A DNA stretch of 29,971 nt, taken from a virus (lineage: Duplodnaviria > Caudoviricetes). The stretch covers positions 1 through 29,971 of IMG/VR virus record IMGVR_UViG_3300020043_000524, one strand, 5' to 3'. Shown piece by piece: positions 23,681 to 29,971 of this stretch. Under the pieces are notes generated by a model. The model ran no database searches. It was given only the letters and a program-made list of their open reading frames with translations, and had not been told where the DNA came from. Position 1 is the first letter of the stretch; each line of letters begins with the position of its first letter. Made by a program: the position numbers and the translations under genes.

Positions 23681-24628
23681 ATGGAAAACACCAACCCCTC
23701 GGGGAGTGAAAGCCTAAGCGTAAACCAAGCCGCCAATGCGTTTCTGGGTTTGATGGGTAGTGACGATGGAGCCGAACAAGGCCAACCTGAAGAACAATCC
23801 GAAGAGCTTGAAGCGACTGGTGAAGTTGAATCTGAGGAAGCTGAGTATTCGGACGAATCAGAGCCAGTAGAGGAAGTGAAGCCCCGCTACAAGGCAAAGG
23901 TCGGTGGTGAGGAAGTCGAGGTCGAACTTGACGAACTAATCAACGGTTATCAGCGCAGCAAGGATTACACACAAAAATCTCAGGCTCTGGCTGAACAACG
24001 CAAAGCAATTGATGCCGAGCGCCAACATCTTGAGCAAGTAAAACAAGAGCGACAAGCATACGCCCAGAAACTACAGGCACTCGATAGCTTCTTGAGCCAG
24101 CAGAATCGGGGTGAGGATTTAGAAGTTTTGAAAGAAACAGACCCTATCGGCTATGCCGTTAAGGTGGCGGAACAGAGTCAGCGTGAGAAACAACTTGCAG
24201 TAGTTCGTGCCGAACAGCAACGCATTGCCCAACAGCAACAAGCGGAGCAGCAGCAGAATCTGCAAAAACATCTCAAGTCTGAATCAGAGAAGCTAGCGTC
24301 TGTGATCCCAGAACTGTCTACGCCAAAAGGTGATGCGATTCGGAAAGAAATCCGTGAATACGCACGATCTGTTGGCTGGTCAGATCAAGAACTCTCCTCA
24401 GTGTATGACCACCGCGCTGTGCTGACTTTGTATAAAGCGATGAAGTTTGAGCAACTTCAAAAGGGTAAGCCGGAGACTTTGAAGAAAGTCCAGCAAGCCC
24501 CAAAGATGCTCAAACCCGGAACTTCAACGCCAAATACTAAGTCATCGCAAGAAAAGCAAGTGATGCAAAAGCTGCGTCAAACCGGCAAAGTCCGTGATGC
24601 TGCTGCTGCATTTGAACGATTCCTTTAA
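23681..24628 (+). CDS. Capsid scaffolding protein
   Basis: Acidic N-terminus, KVGGEEVEVELDELINGYQRSKDYTQKSQ, coiled coil, directly upstream of the MCP. Confidence 0.85.
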   Translation: MENTNPSGSESLSVNQAANAFLGLMGSDDGAEQGQPEEQSEELEATGEVESEEAEYSDESEPVEEVKPRYKAKVGGEEVEVELDELINGYQRSKDYTQKSQALAEQRKAIDAERQHLEQVKQERQAYAQKLQALDSFLSQQNRGEDLEVLKETDPIGYAVKVAEQSQREKQLAVVRAEQQRIAQQQQAEQQQNLQKHLKSESEKLASVIPELSTPKGDAIRKEIREYARSVGWSDQELSSVYDHRAVLTLYKAMKFEQLQKGKPETLKKVQQAPKMLKPGTSTPNTKSSQEKQVMQKLRQTGKVRDAAAAFERFL

Positions 24629-24645
24629 ATTTCTGGAGCTTTAAC

Positions 24646-25593
24646 ATGGCAACCTATCAAACCTATACCGCCATCGGTATGCGCGAAGACCTCTCTGACG
24701 TTATCTATAACATCAGCCCCACTGACACTCCTTTCATGTCTTCCATCGGCAAGACCAAGGCAACTGCAACTTATCACGAGTGGCAGACCGACTCTTTGGC
24801 CGCTGCTGCTCTGGGCGGCGCTGTTGAAGGTGCTGATGCCTCTAGCATCACTGCCTCGCCAACAACCCGTATCGGCAACCGCACACAGATTTTCACCAAG
24901 TCTGTCGCTGTCGCTGGCACTCTGGAAGCTGTTGACAAAGCTGGCCGTAAGTCTGAAAAGGCTTATCAGTTGGCTAAAGTGTCGGCTGAACTGAAGCGCA
25001 ACATTGAACTGTCTCTGTTGTCCAACCAAGTGGCTGCCGTTGGTAACTCCAGCACTGCTCGCACTTTGGGTGGTCTGCAAGCATGGCTGAACACCAACTA
25101 TGATGGCGGCACTGACGGTGTGGCTGGCTCTGCTGGTACGACTGCCCGTGTGAACGGCACAAACCGCACCTTCACAGAAGCCATTCTGAAGACCGTGATT
25201 GCCGAGGTGTACACCGCCGGTGGTTCGCCAAAAGTGTTGATGGTTAACCCTGCTCACAAGCAGTTGGTTTCGGCTTTTGCTGGTATCGCTGCACAGCGTT
25301 ACATGGCTCCTTCCGACCAGCCAACAACCATTATCGGCGCTGCTGACGTTTACATGAGCGATTTCGGCACTATCTCGGTTGTGCCTAACCGCTTTATGAA
25401 CAGCACCAACGCTGGCGATGAGACTGCATTCATTGTCGATCCCGACATGGCTGCCGTGGCTTTCCTGCGTCCTTTTGAGACCATTGAATTGGCTAAGACT
25501 GGCGACAGCGAGAAGACCCAACTGTTGGCCGAATTGACTCTGGAAGTCAAGAACCAAGCTGCTCACGGCATCATTGCCGATTTGACACCTTGA
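24646..25593 (+). CDS. Major capsid protein (DUF5309/SU10-like)
   Basis: REDLSDVIYNISPTDTPF...HEWQTDSL...NRTQIF...LAKTGDSEK. Followed by a terminator. Confidence 0.9.
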   Translation: MATYQTYTAIGMREDLSDVIYNISPTDTPFMSSIGKTKATATYHEWQTDSLAAAALGGAVEGADASSITASPTTRIGNRTQIFTKSVAVAGTLEAVDKAGRKSEKAYQLAKVSAELKRNIELSLLSNQVAAVGNSSTARTLGGLQAWLNTNYDGGTDGVAGSAGTTARVNGTNRTFTEAILKTVIAEVYTAGGSPKVLMVNPAHKQLVSAFAGIAAQRYMAPSDQPTTIIGAADVYMSDFGTISVVPNRFMNSTNAGDETAFIVDPDMAAVAFLRPFETIELAKTGDSEKTQLLAELTLEVKNQAAHGIIADLTP

Positions 25594-25610
25594 TCTAACG
25601 TAAGTTAGCC

Positions 25611-25646
25611 AAAAGCCTCTCTTGGGAAACCTTGGGGGGCTTTTTT
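25611..25646 (+). terminator. Rho-independent terminator after the MCP
   Basis: AAAAGCCTCTC...GGGGGGCTTTTTT hairpin plus U-tract. Confidence 0.8.
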
Positions 25647-25676
25647 ATTTACCATGCCAATGCTAGAATTGCAATT

Positions 25677-25988
25677 ATGGAAAACCCTACATTTCGCAAA
25701 TCTGTTGCTCATGCTGATGGTGAAGGCGGTTTGGTCATTCAAACTGCTCAAGATGTATCTGCCATTGTTGAGCGCAACAAGCAAGAGTTCAACAGCTATG
25801 ACGAACGGGCCAAGTGGTCTGACGAGCTGTATGGCAACAAGGTGGCATCCATTCCATTGACTGCAATTGATGACCTAAACAATCAAGGCATCATGCGTGG
25901 GTTTCACGTTATCGACAACGCTCGGTTTGCAATGTGGTTGAACAACCCAGACAACCGAGCATGGCGCACTCGTCCGGGAGTAATTTAA
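25677..25988 (+). CDS. Hypothetical virion-region protein
   Basis: MENPTFRKSV...KVASIP...WLNNPDNRAWRTRPG. ATG 7 nt after TGc-TAGAAT, with no RBS. Confidence 0.7.
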   Translation: MENPTFRKSVAHADGEGGLVIQTAQDVSAIVERNKQEFNSYDERAKWSDELYGNKVASIPLTAIDDLNNQGIMRGFHVIDNARFAMWLNNPDNRAWRTRPGVI

Positions 25989-26606
25989 ATGAGCTTCACA
26001 AGTTACTCTGAGTTGAAAACAACCATCGCTGGTTATCTGGCCCGTACAGACCTGACCACACAGATTCCAGACTTCATTCGTTTGGCTGAGTTGCGCTTGC
26101 GCCGTGATCTGCGTATCCGTCAGATGCTGAAGTCCGTCACAACCGCCACTGTTGCTTCTGATAGCACTGTTGAGTTGCCAAGCGACTTTCTTGAGGTGCG
26201 TGACTTTGTGGTGGTGGGCAATCCTGTTCGCCCATTGAACTACTACAGTCCATCGGCGTTTAACCGAAACACCCGCACATGGGAGATTGGCAAGCCAATA
26301 GATTACACGGTGCTTGCTAACGACTTTCAGTTGGCTCCAATCCCGGATACTGTGTACACATTGAAGATGTTTTACTTTGCTGCACCAGTATTCCTGAGTG
26401 ACAGCAACAGCAGCAATGCTTTCTTGGCTAATACGCCAGATGCCTTGCTGTACGGCGCTTTGCTTGAAGCTGCCCCGTACCTTATGGATGACGCACGAAT
26501 CAACACATGGGGAACTATGTTTGATCGCGCTATGGCATCAATCACACGCTCTGATGAACAAGGTCAGTATTCAGGCGTACCCCTTGTAATCCAAACAACT
26601 TTGTGA
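25989..26606 (+). CDS. Head-to-tail adaptor protein
   Basis: YSELKTTIAGYLARTDLT..IPDFIRLAE...LPSDFLE...PDALLYGALLEA. Confidence 0.75.
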   Translation: MSFTSYSELKTTIAGYLARTDLTTQIPDFIRLAELRLRRDLRIRQMLKSVTTATVASDSTVELPSDFLEVRDFVVVGNPVRPLNYYSPSAFNRNTRTWEIGKPIDYTVLANDFQLAPIPDTVYTLKMFYFAAPVFLSDSNSSNAFLANTPDALLYGALLEAAPYLMDDARINTWGTMFDRAMASITRSDEQGQYSGVPLVIQTTL

Positions 26607-26614
26607 GGTAAATC

Positions 26615-27001
26615 ATGGCTGAAATGTCGAACTTCTTGGAGAATGCGCTTATCAACGCTACTCTCCGCAACACTTCTTACACATCGCCAGCGACTGTGTA
26701 TCTGGCGCTCTACACAAGCGACCCAACTGATGCCGACACTGGCACTGAAGTGACTGGCAACGCATACGAGCGTCAATCCATCACTTTCGGCGCACCTTCT
26801 AACGGCGCATCGACAAACACCGCTGCGATTGAGTTTCCTCAAGCCACTGGCTCTTGGGGAACTGTTGCTTACATCGGCATTCGTGACGCATCTACCGCTG
26901 GTAACTTGCTGTATCACACTGCCTTGGACGCATCTAAAGCAATTGCAACTGGTGACGTTTTCCGTGTCGCCATTGGTTCATTGAGCGTCACTCTGGCTTG
27001 A
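26615..27001 (+). CDS. Tail structural protein
   Basis: VYLALYTSDPTDADTGTEV...YERQ...GIRDASTAGNLL. GAGG RBS. Confidence 0.7.
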   Translation: MAEMSNFLENALINATLRNTSYTSPATVYLALYTSDPTDADTGTEVTGNAYERQSITFGAPSNGASTNTAAIEFPQATGSWGTVAYIGIRDASTAGNLLYHTALDASKAIATGDVFRVAIGSLSVTLA

Positions 27002-27002
27002 T

Positions 27003-27890
27003 ATGGCTGATTTGCTCCCACCGTGGACGATAGATAGTCTTGACCAGCTAAAGGCTAGTCTTGACGATCTGACGCTCACGCTGGACAGCGAACTCTACAT
27101 AACATCGGTCACGCTTTGGGATGCTTACGGCTCTGTTAATGCAGCAGCCACTGTAAACGCTCAGGCGATTCGCGTTCAGTCTGCATCTGCAAGCATTACG
27201 GCTTCTGCAAGTGTTTCTGCATCTGCTGTTATTGTTCTTAACGCTGCGGCAAGCGTAACAGCATCGGCAACAGTAACTGCTGATGCAATCCGTGTCCAGT
27301 ATGCAAATGCCGCTGTCACTGCAAATGCAACTGTTACTGCTGAAGCCATTCGAATTCAGTATGGCGCTGGCGCTGTAACCGCTAATGCAACTGTTGCGGC
27401 TAATGGCACAAGAGTTCAGTTTGGCAATGCTGCAATTACGGCAAACGCTACTGTCACTGCTCTTGGCGGGATTGTGGCAAACGCTGCGGCAAGCGTTACG
27501 GCAGATGCGACTGTCACTGCTGAAGCTATTCGTGTGCGTACCGCTGATGCTTCCGTGTCTTGCGTTGCAACGGTTACTGCTCTTGGTGGTGTTATTGCTG
27601 ATGGTGCTGCATCGGTTGAGTGTGACGCGCAAGTAACCGCATCGGCTAGTGCAATTTATGTTGGACTGGCATCAATTTCTTGTGACGCAACGGTTTCTGC
27701 TGCTGGCGCAAATGGCGGCAGTTGGTCTAATGATGCTGCATCAAATAACACTTGGACGGTGACATCAAGCGATCAAAGCACATGGTCTGAGATTTCAGTG
27801 TCTGACAACACATGGGAAGACGTTGCGGCATCAAGTAATTCTTGGTCACAGGTATCAAACGGGAATAACACATGGCAACTACAAAACTAA
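27003..27890 (+). CDS. Repeat-containing fibre-like structural protein
   Basis: About ten 20-aa A/T/V repeats, then Trp every 10 aa at the C-terminus. Confidence 0.7.
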   Translation: MADLLPPWTIDSLDQLKASLDDLTLTLDSELYITSVTLWDAYGSVNAAATVNAQAIRVQSASASITASASVSASAVIVLNAAASVTASATVTADAIRVQYANAAVTANATVTAEAIRIQYGAGAVTANATVAANGTRVQFGNAAITANATVTALGGIVANAAASVTADATVTAEAIRVRTADASVSCVATVTALGGVIADGAASVECDAQVTASASAIYVGLASISCDATVSAAGANGGSWSNDAASNNTWTVTSSDQSTWSEISVSDNTWEDVAASSNSWSQVSNGNNTWQLQN

Positions 27891-29320
27891 CATTTGGCGA
27901 ATGGATGCCTGACCAGCCGGGAATTTCTGGCGCTTTGATGGATGCCAAGAACGTGGTTTCTCAGGCAATTGGTTACGGGCCATTTCCTACTGCCGCGACA
28001 TTCTCTGCTGCTGCTTCTGAAAACCTGACAACACTTGTTGCCGCAAAAACTCCTGCAAATGCGACTAAACTGTTTGCCGCTGGATCAACCAAAATTTATG
28101 ACGTATCTGGTGTTGGCGCTTTGACTGATGTTTCAAAGTCTGGTGGATACACGCCAAACGCAAGTGCTGATCGTTTTCGCTTTACTCAGTTTGGCAATGT
28201 CATCATTGGCACAAACAACAGCGACCCAATGCAAGCCTATACATTGGGAACGTCTACAGCGTTTGCTGACCTTGATGCTGCTGCTCCGATTTGCAAGTAT
28301 TTGACTGTGGTGCGTGACTTTGTTGTTACAGCGTTTACGACTGAATCAAGCACACTCTACCCAAGCCGTGTGCGCTGGTCTGGTATCAACGATGAGACTG
28401 AGTGGGGTTCTAGCCAAGTCACACAAGCTGACTACCAAGACATTCCTGATGGCGGTCAAATTGTTGGTATTCGTGGTGGAGAGTTTGGTCTGGTGTTTTT
28501 GGAAAAAGGCATCAGCCGAATGAGTTATGTCGGCACACCTTTCATTTTCCAGTTTGACAACATCTCTCGTGGCAAGGGCTGCATGGCTGCTGGCTCTATT
28601 GCTCAACTGCAAGGTGTGTCGTTCTTCCTGTCTGACGATGGCTTCTATATGTGCGATGGGCAACAGATGCAAGCCATTGGCTCTGAAAAGGTTGATCGCT
28701 GGTTCTTCTCTAACGCTGATGAAGGAGCATTTGACTCAATGAGTGCGGCTGTTGATCCTGTACGCAAGTTGATTATTTGGAACTTCAAAACCACATTTGC
28801 ACAGCGTCAACTGATTATTTACAACTTCAACACAAAGAAATGGACTTATGGAGATGCTGGCGCTGATTACATCTCAGATGCTTCAACATCTGCAACAACG
28901 CTTGAAAACTTGGATTCCATTTCTTCTAGCATTGACGCTTTGCCTGTAAGCCTTGATTCGATTCTTTACATGGGCGGAAAGTATTTCCTTGGCGGCACTT
29001 CCGGCGCTTATGTCGTGACGTACAACGGGCGACCCGCTACTGGTCAACTGATTACAGGCGATTTGAACGCTGGTGGACGCTCGGTTGTGACATTGGCTCG
29101 TCCACAGGTAGATGGTGGCTCTGCGACAGTTTCTGTGGCTTCCAGAACGCTTTTAAGTCAAGAGCCATCGTTTGGCACTCAAGTGACTGCTGATTCTGAT
29201 AACCGTGTGTCTTTGCGCTCAAACGGCAACTATCATCGGTTTAAGATTGTTCCTACTGGTGACAATTGGAAGACTGCTGTTGCTTTGGATGTTGATTTGT
29301 CTGGACAAGGGACACGCTGA
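27872..29320 (+). CDS. Tail nozzle / head-stabilisation protein (P22 gp10-like beta-propeller)
   Basis: FGEWMPDQP N-terminus, RVRWSGIND..W, beta-rich, located after the adaptor. Confidence 0.7.
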   Translation: MATTKLTFGEWMPDQPGISGALMDAKNVVSQAIGYGPFPTAATFSAAASENLTTLVAAKTPANATKLFAAGSTKIYDVSGVGALTDVSKSGGYTPNASADRFRFTQFGNVIIGTNNSDPMQAYTLGTSTAFADLDAAAPICKYLTVVRDFVVTAFTTESSTLYPSRVRWSGINDETEWGSSQVTQADYQDIPDGGQIVGIRGGEFGLVFLEKGISRMSYVGTPFIFQFDNISRGKGCMAAGSIAQLQGVSFFLSDDGFYMCDGQQMQAIGSEKVDRWFFSNADEGAFDSMSAAVDPVRKLIIWNFKTTFAQRQLIIYNFNTKKWTYGDAGADYISDASTSATTLENLDSISSSIDALPVSLDSILYMGGKYFLGGTSGAYVVTYNGRPATGQLITGDLNAGGRSVVTLARPQVDGGSATVSVASRTLLSQEPSFGTQVTADSDNRVSLRSNGNYHRFKIVPTGDNWKTAVALDVDLSGQGTR

Positions 29321-29971
29321 TGGCAACGATGTTCAGAACACTTCCGCCATTTGGTCAAGACCCTCGGGCTGTTGCTGAGATTGTCAACGGCATTATGAAT
29401 GGCAAGACCAACAACACAGGAACAATCACCCTTGCCACTGGAAACGCCACAACCACAACGCTCTATGATGAGCGCATTAGCCCTGACAGCAAGATCATCT
29501 TGATTCCGTTTTCTGATGCTGCCGAGCAAGATGCTGCTCCTTATGGTCAGTTTTCAAATAATACAGACCAGATTGCGCCAAGCACAGGAACAAGTGCAGT
29601 AGTTTTGTGGGATACGACAGAGCTATCCAACGGCGTTTATCTGTCAAACAGCACAAGAATCAACGTAAGAAACGGCGGCACTTACAGCGTCAATTTTTCG
29701 TTACAACTGCAAAACAGCACAAATGACCACCAATACGCTGATGTCTGGTATCGAGTAAATGGTACTGATGTCGTGCGCTCTGGTTCTCGGTTTGGTATAC
29801 CGCCAAGGAAGTCAACCGGCGACCCTGCTGCAATGATTGGCTACATGAGCATTTTTGTTGAGCTAGATGCCAACGACTACGTTGAAATTGCTGGTTCTGT
29901 GTCTGATGTGGGCGTGACGCTTGAGCATTACGCTGCTGATACTGGAATCCCAAGGCCAGCAATTCCTGCGG
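29320..29971 (+). CDS. Tail protein with C1q/TNF-like domain (3'-truncated)
   Basis: TGATG-coupled ATG 29320; open to the window end. MATMFRTLPPFGQDPR...GTYSVNFSLQL...VWYRVNG...LDANDYVEI. Confidence 0.7.
   Translation, partial: MATMFRTLPPFGQDPRAVAEIVNGIMNGKTNNTGTITLATGNATTTTLYDERISPDSKIILIPFSDAAEQDAAPYGQFSNNTDQIAPSTGTSAVVLWDTTELSNGVYLSNSTRINVRNGGTYSVNFSLQLQNSTNDHQYADVWYRVNGTDVVRSGSRFGIPPRKSTGDPAAMIGYMSIFVELDANDYVEIAGSVSDVGVTLEHYAADTGIPRPAIPA

Noticed and set aside
24625-25566. 313-aa antisense ORF spanning the capsid gene
   Set aside because: Mirror of the strongly biased MCP codons; no independent expression signals.

Overview
The window is a large, circularly permuted part of a tailed-phage genome (P22/SU10-like podovirus morphogenesis genes with a lambdoid-style early region), probably infecting a Gram-negative host (lipoprotein plus GH19 endolysin lysis cassette). 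Order: ejection-protein 3' end, tail fibre, lysis cassette with an HNH insertion (1-5656, +); leftward early arm with DUF3310, MazG, SSB-like and ERF genes (5625-8162, -); rightward replication/nin region with a DUF1376 initiator, internal origin, RusA, a TGT/DpdA-like enzyme plus VUT/YhhQ transporter, NinB and Ref (8269-14574, +); HNH-AP2, small basic proteins, a 495-aa orphan, terminase, portal, scaffold, capsid and tail genes (14829-end, +). No integrase, recognisable CI or DNA polymerase is visible. Best leads: (1) a two-gene 7-deazaguanine salvage/base-exchange module; (2) a repeated AGGG-W-rich-CTA box 22-24 nt upstream of a -10 hexamer at four promoters, two of which drive lone antisense micro-genes, including a candidate effector/immunity pair; (3) a C4/P4-CI-like antisense RNA switch in front of an HNH gene; (4) an HNH gene that took over the holin start while a recoded holin N-terminus follows it; (5) two further candidate structured RNAs. 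Family assignments come from motif recognition only; no searches were run.
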